The notes beneath the pieces were generated by a model. It was not told the DNA's origin. It saw only the letters and a program-made list of their open reading frames with translations, and did not search any database. Below are positions 28,661-38,688 of a DNA stretch of 64,000 nt, piece after piece. How positions within the stretch are numbered: the first letter of the stretch is position 1; each line of letters begins with the position of its first letter. The DNA lies in assembly GCA_965228855.1 (NCBI GenBank), contig CBDDIJ010000003.1:416001-480000 (forward strand). The letters run 5' to 3'. Origin of the DNA: Candidatus Obscuribacterales bacterium (lineage in GTDB: Bacteria > Cyanobacteriota > Vampirovibrionia > Obscuribacterales > Obscuribacteraceae). The position numbers and the translations under genes are program-made.

Positions 28661-29389
28661 ATGGCGGACAAAGGAAAGAGCGAGAAAACCGGTGGATCGG
28701 GCTCTGGGGTGCCGGTTGTGGATGAGGACCTTGTTGCGCTGGTTCAGAGTTTGCCACCTCCCAACGAATTTGCCGAGCGAGTCATGGAAGCTGTGCCGCA
28801 GGCCAGGGAAATGAAGATTTATCTGAAGGAAATTGGACGGTTTCCCGTCCTGTCCGAGTCCGAAGAACTCAGTCTCGTCAAACTAATTCAGGAAAAACCT
28901 GATGCAAAGACTCGCAAGAAGCTCAATGAAGCCAACATTCGCCTGGTCGCATGGATTGCGAAGGAGTACGCCAACGGCGAAACGTCCCTCTCCGACTTGA
29001 TCAATGACGGCACGCTCGGTCTTGCTAACTCGGTTGCCTCATTCGACATTGAGTCCGGAGTTTCCTTCCGTATGCATGCAGCCGCGTGGATAAAAAAGGC
29101 GGTATCGGAAGCGGTGGCGTTTGAAACCAGCATGAGCCGGCTTCCAGATTATCTGCGCGAAAAAATTGAATCGGTAAAACCGGTTTCGCAGAAGCTAATG
29201 GCGGCGATGGGACGCGAACCCACTCGGGAAGAAGTGGCTGATGAACTGAAATTGAGCGTCGATGAACTCGAGCGCTTAATCAAATTGGTTGGACACGCAC
29301 CTTCAAATGAAGAAACCGAAGAGATCGATGAAGAAGAGCAAGAGCTCATAGACAACAACGAATTCTACGAAAATCAGGATTACGATTGA
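28661..29389 (+). CDS. Truncated, divergent sigma-70 paralogue (regions 1.2, 2 and 3; no region 4)
   Basis: GGAGG RBS; MKIYLKEIGRFPVLSESEE, EANIRLVAWIAKEY, DLINDGTLGL and GREPTREEVADEL, then an acidic tail and stop. Confidence 0.8.
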   Translation: MADKGKSEKTGGSGSGVPVVDEDLVALVQSLPPPNEFAERVMEAVPQAREMKIYLKEIGRFPVLSESEELSLVKLIQEKPDAKTRKKLNEANIRLVAWIAKEYANGETSLSDLINDGTLGLANSVASFDIESGVSFRMHAAAWIKKAVSEAVAFETSMSRLPDYLREKIESVKPVSQKLMAAMGREPTREEVADELKLSVDELERLIKLVGHAPSNEETEEIDEEEQELIDNNEFYENQDYD

Positions 29390-29497
29390 CACCGCCCGCG
29401 GTGCTATGAACTTTCTACTATAGTATACAAGGGACTCCGACGAGCGCCTTCGGCTTCTGGTCTGGCTTTGCGGGAAGCTGGAGCTGCGAAAGTGCTT

Positions 29498-29555
29498 CGC
29501 TGTCTATCGTACGTAGACGAATTTCCGAAATTCCGTCTACGCACCATAGACAGCG
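29498..29555. repeat. Long imperfect palindrome, copy A of a hairpin family (copy B at 59340-59391)
   Basis: CGCTGTCTAT..CGTAGACG-N14-CGTCTACG..ATAGACAGCG. Confidence 0.7.
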
Positions 29556-29773
29556 GGCGATGAACATTGAGAATCCGAGTGAGCGGAACTGCAGTTTACG
29601 AGAGGTCCTTAGTTCAGGTCGATAACCTGAGCCAATGTTTAGGTACATATATCCAAAATCTCACGCATCGCCGCTCAGCGCCTCGATATACTAGCCAAGA
29701 ACATCGAGGATTGGGAACATACGGGGCCGGCAAGCGACTGTCGATCTGGTGATTCCCGGGAGGCTTTTGCGAT

Positions 29774-30853
29774 ATGAAACTACAGCATGTTTTGGGAGTG
29801 GCTCTGGCTCTGAGCTGTTCAGCACCTTTGTGCGCGCAGGAGCTGAGACCGGAATTACCGGAATCCAGCGGAGAAGTTCAACAAGCTGAGGCCGAGCAGC
29901 AGACCATCGACATGGTCACCGACAAAGTTCTTGATCCATCAGGTGCCACACCTGCTCCTGCGACTGCGCAGCCTGCGGGAAAAGCTCCTAAGTGGTTGAA
30001 ACATCAGGCTCCGGCGACGCAGGCACCGGCGACGCAGGCTCCAGCGAACCAATATGTGCCTCCGGTTTCGAACACTGCGGCACCAAACGCCAGCGGTGGC
30101 AGCGGTTTGGTCACGGATGCTGTTGGTGGCGTTGGTAAAGGTGTCGGTGCTGTCGGGCATGGCGTCGGAGCGGTAGGTGGCGGCGCGGTAAAAGGCGTTG
30201 AGAACGTTGGTCAAGGCGCTGTCCAGGGCGTAGAGGCTGTCGGACACGGAGCTGCCCGCGGTGTAGAGGCTGTGGGACATGGAGCTGCAGCGGTTGGCGG
30301 CGGCGCTGTTAAGGGTGTCGAGAATGTCGGGCACGGAACAGTCAGCGCTGTGGAAAAGGTCGGTACTGGTGCGGTCAACGCCGCCGAAAAAGTAGGTCAT
30401 GGGGTTAAAACCGGCGCTGAGGTAGTTGGCGAGAAGACTAAAGCCGGTGCAGAAGCGGTTGGTGTCGGCGCGAAGCGCGGCGCTGAAGCCGTTGGTCGCG
30501 GAGCTGAGGTCGTTGGCGAGAAGACCAAAAAGGGTGTGGAGGCAATCGGTCGCGGCGCGATGCGCGGTTTAGAAGCGTTGAGAAACGGCGGAGCGAAGAT
30601 TTTTGGCGAGGGCGGAAGCACGCCGGCGCCGGCAGCTGGAACGGTAGCTGATGCTGTCGCTCCCGCTCCTGCTAAACCTGCTGCTGTTCAGCCTCCAGCT
30701 GTTCAACCTCCGGCGGCTTCCAGACCAGCTGCTCCTCAGGAGAGCGCTCTGGACATTCAGCCTGGAAACAGCGAAAAGGCTGTCCCACCGAACGAAGTCG
30801 TAGAGGATGCTAACGAGCCTGTCGACGCACCCGAAGGCTGGACTAATAAATAA
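29774..30853 (+). CDS. Secreted protein with 11-residue amphipathic Gly/Ala/Val repeats and Pro/Ala-rich flanks
   Basis: Signal peptide; repeats GAVKGVENVGQ, GAVQGVEAVGH, KTKAGAEAVGV and KTKKGVEAIGR. Confidence 0.8.
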   Translation: MKLQHVLGVALALSCSAPLCAQELRPELPESSGEVQQAEAEQQTIDMVTDKVLDPSGATPAPATAQPAGKAPKWLKHQAPATQAPATQAPANQYVPPVSNTAAPNASGGSGLVTDAVGGVGKGVGAVGHGVGAVGGGAVKGVENVGQGAVQGVEAVGHGAARGVEAVGHGAAAVGGGAVKGVENVGHGTVSAVEKVGTGAVNAAEKVGHGVKTGAEVVGEKTKAGAEAVGVGAKRGAEAVGRGAEVVGEKTKKGVEAIGRGAMRGLEALRNGGAKIFGEGGSTPAPAAGTVADAVAPAPAKPAAVQPPAVQPPAASRPAAPQESALDIQPGNSEKAVPPNEVVEDANEPVDAPEGWTNK

Positions 30854-30999
30854 GTCCGTTAATCGATAATTACGTTTGTACCTTCAGCGGTCAGTTTTTC
30901 CAGACCGTCCTTCATTCGCTGAAGCAGTTCCACGGAGTGTCCTTGCCAGCCGACCACCTCGCCAAGCACTCGTAATGGGTCGCGAGAGCGATAGCAGGC

Positions 31000-32058
31000 T
31001 TAGATGATTCCGGCTTTGAGCAGATCTTTGAGGTCGATCAAGCCGATAGGTCTGCCCTGTTCATCAAGAATTAGCAGGTCGGCGATCGAGTGTTTTTCCA
31101 TCTGTTTCAGCGCCGCTACAGCCAGGCAGTCTGACGAAATCGTCTTCGGATTCTTGGTCATGAGGTCTTGAGCCGTTTTTGAAAAGACGTCTTGACCAAA
31201 TCTGAGCAACGAGCGACGCAAGTCACCATCGGTAATGACGCCGTGAAGCCGACCTTCGTCATCAACGACGGTTGTGAAACCACATTTCTTCTTGTCGATT
31301 TCAGTGAGAATAGCGCCGTGATCCGCGCCCAGACCTACTGTCGGAACCTGAATACCGGAACGCATCACGTCGGAAACCGACATCAACTGTTTCCCAAGGT
31401 TGCCGCCCGGATGGCTGCGAGCGAAATCTTCTTTTTGAAACCCCTTTTGCTGCATCAAAACTAGCGCGATTGCATCGCCCATCGCCAGTGCTACTGTGGT
31501 TGAAGAGGTAGGCGCGAGGTTGAGAGGGCAGGCTTCGCGCTCCACACCGACATCGATCACAACGTCGGAAGCCTTGGCCAGTGACGAGTCCAGATTGCCG
31601 GTCAGCGATATGAGTTTCAAACCTAAACGCTTGATCGGGTCCAAAACCTGCTTGATTTCTTGGGTTTCGCCGGAACTCGAGAGTGCGACAACTATATCGC
31701 GCTCTTCCAACATTCCGAAGTCTCCGTGCCTGAGCTCGGCCGGGTGGACGAAGAAGGCGGGTGTCCCGGTCGATGCCAGGGTCGCTGCAATTTTTGTACC
31801 AATGTGACCAGACTTGCCCATGCCGGTCACTACGACCTTTCCAGGGCATTCCAGCAAAAGAATGATTGCCTTTTCGAATTCTTCGCTCAAGCGATCGCGC
31901 ACCGCCAGTATGCTTTCAGCCTCCAGGGTCAGGACTTCACTCGCTTTGTCGAGTAAGTCAGATTCGCCCGGCACAAAAGCGGCTGCGGCTTTTGCTGGAA
32001 CACTGAAGTCAAAATTGAGACCTGTCTGGGAAAGTTGCCCGTCTGCTTTGAATGTCAC
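31000..32058 (-). CDS. kdsD: Arabinose-5-phosphate isomerase, KpsF/GutQ family (SIS plus 2 CBS domains)
   Basis: VVTGMGKSGHIG, HGDFG, EACPLNLAPTSST, HPGG and a CBS pair. Confidence 0.93.
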   Translation of the reverse strand: MTFKADGQLSQTGLNFDFSVPAKAAAAFVPGESDLLDKASEVLTLEAESILAVRDRLSEEFEKAIILLLECPGKVVVTGMGKSGHIGTKIAATLASTGTPAFFVHPAELRHGDFGMLEERDIVVALSSSGETQEIKQVLDPIKRLGLKLISLTGNLDSSLAKASDVVIDVGVEREACPLNLAPTSSTTVALAMGDAIALVLMQQKGFQKEDFARSHPGGNLGKQLMSVSDVMRSGIQVPTVGLGADHGAILTEIDKKKCGFTTVVDDEGRLHGVITDGDLRRSLLRFGQDVFSKTAQDLMTKNPKTISSDCLAVAALKQMEKHSIADLLILDEQGRPIGLIDLKDLLKAGII

Positions 32059-32164
32059 GATGCTTCCTTTTCGAAAGTGCTTCGGCTAAGCTATCGCACT
32101 GGACTGAATTTCGCCTGAGTAGAATTTATAAGTTGAGGGGCGAAAGTGCCGAAACTCTGAATTG

Positions 32165-32227
32165 CTTGACATTCTATCTTCTTGACATTGATTTGTTCTT
32201 GACAAACTGTTAGGTATTTTATAGTTT
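32165..32227 (+). promoter_or_regulatory. Triple CTTGACA repeat and putative sigma-70 promoter
   Basis: CTTGACA at 32165, 32181 and 32198. The third copy is followed 17 nt later by TAGTTT. Confidence 0.5.
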
Positions 32228-32352
32228 CGGTAATAGATTGGGCATTGTGTAAGCACAGACCGGATTTACGGTCCTGATTAGAAACTTTACCAGGTTCAAG
32301 TTAAACTGAAGAAGTCGCGAAAACGCGACCCCCACGCTTCCCCGGCACTTTT

Positions 32353-34881
32353 ATGACCGCTATATTCGCACACAACGACAAGCTAGAGGACGGGCACTAC
32401 ACCGTTCTGAAGGAGCTTGGCGTTGGCGGCATGGGCGTGGTCTATCATTGTCGCGACGAGTTTTTGCAGCGTGATGTGGCAATAAAAATGTTGCTGCCGG
32501 AACTCATGGCTGATCCTAAAAACGTAGAGGTATTCACCGAAGAAGCACGGCTTGCTGCGCGGATGGATCACCCAAATATAGTCACCGTATATGATATCGG
32601 TGTTGAAAATCGGCAGAGTAAAGCGCATCACTTTGTAGCGATGGAATATCTCCCGGGCGGCAATCTGGCGGTGCGAACTCAAGGCGCGGCGCTGGCGGTT
32701 GAGCACGCACTCAACTGGATGAAACAATTATCAAATGGATTGTATTTTGCTCATCGCAAGGGTGTTGTTCACCAGGATGTAAAAGCGGACAACATTTTCA
32801 TCACCACAGAAGGTGATTTGAAAATTGGTGACTTCGGCTTAGCGCGCCTGATGGCGAACAAGGTTTATATCAACCCGTCGACCAAGGGGATGGGAACGCC
32901 TGCGTATATGTCGCCGGAACTCTGTCGCGGAGAGCAACAGGACCAGCGCTCCGACATGTATTCTCTTGGAATTTTGTTCTTCGAGATGGTGACAGGACAG
33001 CTTCCCTATCGAGCCAACGGCATGATCGAGATGGCGATGAAGCACACGACTGCACCGATTCCCTCTGTGCGACGTTTGAATCCCGAAGTACCTGATGTTC
33101 TTGACCGACTTATCCGGCGGATGATGGAGAAGTCGCCATTCGATCGATATCAATCGCTTAATGAAGTGCTCAAGATTCTCGACGATTTGATCTTTGATAT
33201 GCGAGTGGCTCGAATGGGCCTGACCACGAAGCGAACGTCGCAGAGAGTTGATACCGCCAATGAAGTATCCTCGCAAGAACGAGCCAAAGCTGCGGCTGAA
33301 GCGGTTGCTAAACCGCCCACGCCGACACCGCCAAAGCGCGAATCGGCAGGAACGCCTCGTCACGACACCGGCGTATTGATACCGGGAGCGGTGCAGCCGC
33401 AGGGAGGTCCTTCGGCTTCGACTGCTGCAACGCCGGTCTCGAACAACGTAGTCGCGTCGCCGAACTCTGGTGCTGCTGGTACTTCACCTGCAAAAGCTCA
33501 ATCTCCGGCGCCGACTCCTGCGAAGACACCGGATCGTTTGGAAACAAATCCCCTTGAGGTTCCCCAAGGTCAAGTTTTAGACGGTAATTCCGTTTCCTCC
33601 TCTTCTGCGGCGAAAGCTCAGTCCTCGAAATCTGCGGTTGATAGGGCTGCTTCAAATGCATCGCAAATGCGTGCAGTGAATGCGCCGGATACCAGATATG
33701 GTGCTAAACCTAAACGTCCATTCGACGATCGAGCGGACATTTCGCACACACGAATAGAGGCTGCCGGCATTAAAATGTTCGAGCCGGTTGGACCGGTTCG
33801 TGAACCCAGTCAAAAAATTGCCAAGATCGAAGAGCCTCGCATCTCTGCCTATTCGATACCAGTAATCGAAGGGTTAAATCCGTTGCTCAGTGAAGTCTGG
33901 ACATTTAAAACCGGAGGACCAATCGGCTGGAATTCTACGCCTGTTGCTCCTCACGACGATGAGGGAGTCTATGTTGCCTCCGCGGACGGTACTCTGTACA
34001 AATTGCACCGTGATTCGGGCGAGCTGATTTGGCGATATGACTCCAATTCGATGATGATCGCCGGTCCCGTTGTCAGAGCAAAGGATGTCCTGATTGGAAC
34101 CACTGATGGTGCTTTAATAAAACTTGATTCTGCAACCGGAGCTCAGCAATGGAAAACACAACTGAATCATCCTATTGTAAGCGTTCCGGTTATCGCCAAT
34201 CAGGCTTTGATTGTCCCGACTTTGTCAGGGAAGGTTTCCTGTCTGGATATAAATGATGCCGGTAAGCTCTGGGACGTCGATTTGAAGTCGCCGATAGTAT
34301 GCAATCCCGCAGTTTATGGAGACAACACCGCATTTGTTTCAACTCGCGATGGCAACATCCATTCGCTTCAGGTGCGAAACGGCAAGGAGTTGTGGCGTGC
34401 AAACCTTGATGGACCAATAGTCTCAGCGCCTGCGGTATCCGCAGATAGTATTTATGTCGGAACCCAAGCGGGTACGTTTTTCTCACTCGATATTCAAACT
34501 GGCGAGTCTACCTGGGAGCACCAGTGCAGTCGCGGTATCATATCTGGTGCGACGATAGTGTTTACCTCCGTGATTTTCTGCAGTCAGGACAAGTGGTTGT
34601 ACGGTTGCGAAAAGTATGATGGGCGGCTGCGTTGGAAAGCCGCGGTCAAAGGGACCGTCCAATCAACTTTGTCGGTCGCCGCGCAGACAGTTATTGCGGT
34701 TTCTCGTGAAGGCTGGATGCAGGGATTTGATGCAGGCAGTGGACACATGAAGTGGCAGAAAAACTTTGGTCGTCGCCTGGAATCGCAACCTTTGATTATG
34801 AAGGATGGAATGCTGGTAGCGTCGGTCGAAGGCGAGCTGACATTTTATGCTTTTGGTGCCCGACTGCAAAAATCGGCCTAG
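32353..34881 (+). CDS. Ser/Thr protein kinase with C-terminal PQQ-like (BamB-type) beta-propeller
   Basis: LGVGGMGVVY, HQDVKADN, DFG and GTPAYMSPE; Pro/Ala linker; repeated G...W units. Confidence 0.92.
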   Translation: MTAIFAHNDKLEDGHYTVLKELGVGGMGVVYHCRDEFLQRDVAIKMLLPELMADPKNVEVFTEEARLAARMDHPNIVTVYDIGVENRQSKAHHFVAMEYLPGGNLAVRTQGAALAVEHALNWMKQLSNGLYFAHRKGVVHQDVKADNIFITTEGDLKIGDFGLARLMANKVYINPSTKGMGTPAYMSPELCRGEQQDQRSDMYSLGILFFEMVTGQLPYRANGMIEMAMKHTTAPIPSVRRLNPEVPDVLDRLIRRMMEKSPFDRYQSLNEVLKILDDLIFDMRVARMGLTTKRTSQRVDTANEVSSQERAKAAAEAVAKPPTPTPPKRESAGTPRHDTGVLIPGAVQPQGGPSASTAATPVSNNVVASPNSGAAGTSPAKAQSPAPTPAKTPDRLETNPLEVPQGQVLDGNSVSSSSAAKAQSSKSAVDRAASNASQMRAVNAPDTRYGAKPKRPFDDRADISHTRIEAAGIKMFEPVGPVREPSQKIAKIEEPRISAYSIPVIEGLNPLLSEVWTFKTGGPIGWNSTPVAPHDDEGVYVASADGTLYKLHRDSGELIWRYDSNSMMIAGPVVRAKDVLIGTTDGALIKLDSATGAQQWKTQLNHPIVSVPVIANQALIVPTLSGKVSCLDINDAGKLWDVDLKSPIVCNPAVYGDNTAFVSTRDGNIHSLQVRNGKELWRANLDGPIVSAPAVSADSIYVGTQAGTFFSLDIQTGESTWEHQCSRGIISGATIVFTSVIFCSQDKWLYGCEKYDGRLRWKAAVKGTVQSTLSVAAQTVIAVSREGWMQGFDAGSGHMKWQKNFGRRLESQPLIMKDGMLVASVEGELTFYAFGARLQKSA

Positions 34882-34918
34882 CCTTCCAAAATGTACCGAT
34901 CTGGAGTAAGGTAGAAAT

Positions 34919-35245
34919 ATGATTAAACTCCTGGGAATAGCGTTTTTGATGAGCATTCTGGCTCTTAGTGGGTTTGTCTACGGACACCTTGTGCCGCAGC
35001 ATGAACTTCTGCAACCCATGACTGTCGAGCAGCTGTCTGCTTATCTTCTGGACGAAACGAGCGCGGAGAATGTCGCTCAAATCACTATCAAGAATGGAAA
35101 GCGCATCGAATCCGTCAAACTCAACGATTCACGAGAGTTCAGAATTGTTGCGCCCGACCAATTTTGCTTTGATTCTATAATTGATCGCGCAAGCGGAGAC
35201 TATGGTATCGAGTGTCTCGACACTTACGATTGTGGACACTTTTAG
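34919..35245 (+). CDS. Small hypothetical membrane-anchored or exported protein
   Basis: N-terminal hydrophobic helix; AAGG RBS. Confidence 0.55.
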   Translation: MIKLLGIAFLMSILALSGFVYGHLVPQHELLQPMTVEQLSAYLLDETSAENVAQITIKNGKRIESVKLNDSREFRIVAPDQFCFDSIIDRASGDYGIECLDTYDCGHF

Positions 35246-35280
35246 AAGTCAGTTAAAACGAACTTGCCGATTAGAACTCA

Positions 35281-36186
35281 TCAGCTCCCAAACTGGGCAA
35301 TGATTTTGTCCGTGAGAATTGTGATGAAAACGAGAATGCTGACGACTCCGTTTACAGTGAAAAATGCGGCATTGACGCGCGATAAATCGTCTTTGCTCAC
35401 GATGCTGTGCTCGTAAATCAGCATAGCGGTCACAAGCGCCAGTCCAACCCAGTAAGCGACTCCAAGGTGTAACAGCTGCGATATGGCGAACAGGGAACCG
35501 ACTGTCACCACATGCAGTGCGCGCGAGATGTTGAGAGCGGTTCCAACTCCGAATGCGCTAGGCATGCTGTGCAGCTTTTCGTTGCGATCGAACTCCGCGT
35601 CCTGGCAAGCATAAATGATATCGAAGCCCGCGACCCACGTCGTCACTGCCAGTGCCAGCACCCAGGGTGCAGCCAGTGCTAAACTGCCACCCGCGGCAAC
35701 CCAGCCTCCAAGTGCTGCTCCGCCAAGCGCTATGCCAAGGACGATGTGGCAGAGCCAGGTAAACCGCTTCGTGAATGAGTAGAAACTCAACCAGAAAATT
35801 GCGATTGGTGAAAGTTGCAGGCAAATGAGAGGCAGTTGTGATGCGGCTCCAAGCATCACCGCGAATGACAAGATCGCACCAAGTAGAGCATGAGATTTTT
35901 TGATTCTTCCAGCAGGAATGGCACGCTCACTGGTGCGCGGATTTCGCGCGTCAATTTCGCTGTCGATCAGCCTGTTCAGGGTCATTGCCGCTGCGCGCGC
36001 TCCGGCAAAGGCGAGGACCGTATATACCACTGTCATAGGCTCGGGCAGTTTCGGCATTGCCAGAATGAGACCCGAGAGCGCAAATGGCAGCGCGAATACG
36101 GTGTGTTCTATCTTGATCATCTCTGCCCATTCGCGAACACTTAGCGAGTGGGTTTGATTGGGTCTCGGATCTAAAACAGTGGACAT
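35281..36186 (-). CDS. UbiA-family aromatic polyprenyltransferase (MqnP-like)
   Basis: IKIEHTVFALPFA, AMTLNRLIDSEIDARNPRTSERAIPAG and GFDIIYACQD. ATG at 36186 is preferred. Confidence 0.9.
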   Translation of the reverse strand: MSTVLDPRPNQTHSLSVREWAEMIKIEHTVFALPFALSGLILAMPKLPEPMTVVYTVLAFAGARAAAMTLNRLIDSEIDARNPRTSERAIPAGRIKKSHALLGAILSFAVMLGAASQLPLICLQLSPIAIFWLSFYSFTKRFTWLCHIVLGIALGGAALGGWVAAGGSLALAAPWVLALAVTTWVAGFDIIYACQDAEFDRNEKLHSMPSAFGVGTALNISRALHVVTVGSLFAISQLLHLGVAYWVGLALVTAMLIYEHSIVSKDDLSRVNAAFFTVNGVVSILVFITILTDKIIAQFGS

Positions 36187-36398
36187 GGCTTTGAAAACAA
36201 CAGAAATCTTACATTGATGAAGAAGCGTTCGCTCCGCTGCGAATATGCGACGCACATCGCGCGCATACGGCTTCGAGTTATCGAACAGAATACATGGGAA
36301 ACTTGATGAAATGTGGTTAGTTGAATAATTGTCATGTAACTGCCATGATAAGCTGATATCAAATGCCTTAGATATAGGGAGTTTCGATAGATCGAACG

Positions 36399-36980
36399 AT
36401 GACAAGAGGTTCTGCGTCAATGAATTCTATGGGTCCCGCTGGTTCTGCAAGTGGCTCAAATCAAGCGTTTACAGGTAAGACAATCAATCTTCAGGGCGTA
36501 GCGGCTTTCGCCAGTCTCGTCGAATTGTTGTCGCAGGAGCTCGGTACGGCTGCCGGCAAGATGCAAGGTCAGTTGCCGAACGGACCTGAAACATTCGACA
36601 AATTGATGGGTGAGCTCGATCTCAACAGTCAAGGTTTTGTTCGCAAATTGATTTTGATATCGCAGCCTGGAGCGCCTCTGATGCTGCGCTTCCAATGCGC
36701 CTGGAATAAAAATCAAGGCGAAGGCAAGTCTGAAATTGTCGGCGGAGTCACCGCTGATTACTTCCTTGGCGTGGCTGTCGAAGACATCGTTCCTCAAGGA
36801 CGAGCCCTGGCTCGTTACATTGAAGATATCTTCGCCGTTCTCGATAGAATGGTCACACTCGGTCACTCGTCGAAGCTCGCCAACATGAGCATTCCTGTTT
36901 CGCAGCTCGAAGCGTTCGAAGCGAATGAAGAGGACCTCGTAGCGCCTTACGAAGGGCGCCAACCCTCGGAAACGATTTAG
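36399..36980 (+). CDS. Hypothetical protein
   Basis: 193-aa ORF with no motif I recognise. Confidence 0.6.
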   Translation: MTRGSASMNSMGPAGSASGSNQAFTGKTINLQGVAAFASLVELLSQELGTAAGKMQGQLPNGPETFDKLMGELDLNSQGFVRKLILISQPGAPLMLRFQCAWNKNQGEGKSEIVGGVTADYFLGVAVEDIVPQGRALARYIEDIFAVLDRMVTLGHSSKLANMSIPVSQLEAFEANEEDLVAPYEGRQPSETI

Positions 36981-37044
36981 CTAGCTCATAACTGAACAGT
37001 AGGTTGCGCTGAAGAGTACGACTTCAGATTAAACATGCTCGCAG

Positions 37045-38688
37045 CTAAGCGGATCTCGCAAGTTTGTTGTACAGCACTTTGCTGTTATGTCGCGCATCAA
37101 CTGGGATTTTGCGCACTATTTTGATGGTGCTCAAATTGCCCCAGTTCAACCTATCTTTTATTGCCCATATATCAAAGGATCGTTTGCCTTCTGTTTCAAC
37201 GAACAGCGTCGTGACGTTGTTGACGGTTAAACATGCCGCGCGAGATACACTGTCGTCCAAAAGCGCAACCGCCTCCACACATTGCGCTAAAGAGGTATCT
37301 ATTTTGTTTTGTTTGGAAACCGCTTGCGATGCCGCTTTCCGACCTGTCAGCCACAGCCTGCCAGTTCTGTCGATGTATCCAACGTCTCCGGTTTTATGCC
37401 AGATTTCACCACCGATTTCAACTTTGCTTTCCGCATCGCCTACTCCCGCTGCATAACCTTTTACGACATGGTCGCCGGTGACGATGATCTCTCCGACCGC
37501 ATTGAGTGGAATATTTGCCACTTCACAGATGTGTCTCAATGCTGCCAGTCTGTCTGCGTCATTCAGCTCGTTTGCTTCATGCACAAGTGTAGAAATCCGA
37601 ATTTTGACCTCGTCCACAGGAATGCCAACAGGCAGACCGGCACCATTGGCAATGGCATGCATGTCGCGCGCGCTCAATGAGCTATAAGTGATTTTTGAAA
37701 CGGGCTCAGCCTCCGTGCTGCCGAATACGGTAATGATCTCCGCGCGCGGACATACGGCATTCGCCTTTTTGAGAAGGCGGGGAAATACCGGTCCCCCGCC
37801 TGTGATAACCGTCTTCACAAATGTCAGTTTGATACCGTTGGTGATGCAGTGATCCATTAAACTTTCTACGAACGACGGCGATGCGAGAATTCTATCGGGA
37901 TAATGCCCCTGGATTTGTTCAACGACCGCGGCTGAGTTAACCTTCGCAGCTTTGCTCAGATCTGTGTTTGGAATCACGGAAGTTACTCTTGATGCCAGAT
38001 TCGCCAGAATAAACACTGGAAGGGACGTCAGTTCGCAGCCTCCTTCCTGTACGCAACAGTTTGATGATACTACTTCGAGTTGTGTACGAAGAAAGTCGTG
38101 ACTGCGAACAATCAATTTAGGAGCCCCGCCTGTGCCGCTCGTCAAAGTAATCAGCGCAGGGGTGTCTCCGCTGACCGGCTCTGTTTGCGCAGACCTGTGC
38201 CAGTTGCTTTCTCGCAAAGAAAACCAGCCTGGCGCTGCGAAACCATCGGAAAATTTCAGCTTAATCCGTCTCAGCGAAGGGATTGCTACTGTGACCAGAA
38301 CTCCCTTTGCCGACGCTATCACGGCACGCGGTTTCGTTCTCTCAATCGCATTTGTCAGCTTTTCGATTCCCGCAGATGGATCGAGAATGAGAACAGTCGC
38401 TCCTATTTTGAAGACCGCCAGAATGGACGTAAAAAGCTCTATGCTCATTGGTTCAATGATGAGGATGCAATCGCCGGTGTGAACGCCGTGTTCTTTTAAA
38501 ACGCCCGCTCTGCGCGCAACCTTTTTTGCCAACGCCCGAAAATCTATTTTTCTACCGGTACCACGTGACCCCTCGATAAGAGCCGGCTGCTGCGGGTGCG
38601 AGCGAGCGATTTCATCAAGTCCATTGGCTATGTTCGTCTCGATGGTTCTTTAAACTAATGCCGTCTGTGTTACTGTGCTCATTGTCAT
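37045..38688 (-). CDS. OleC-like adenylate-forming (AMP-binding) enzyme; in-frame TAA at codon 13 (possible pseudogene or recoding)
   Basis: TSGTGGAPK P-loop, FGSTEAEP, WHKTGDVG, LTGR and DARHNSK. The frame extends upstream of the TTG at 38532 through NIANGLDEIARSHPQQPALIE to TAA 38650-38652 and an ATG at 38688 that overlaps the upstream TGA. Confidence 0.85.

Noticed and set aside
35281..36186. Second UbiA gene as part of the biosynthetic operon
   Set aside because: It is separated by an opposite-strand gene and has ordinary MqnP/UbiA quinone-pathway motifs.
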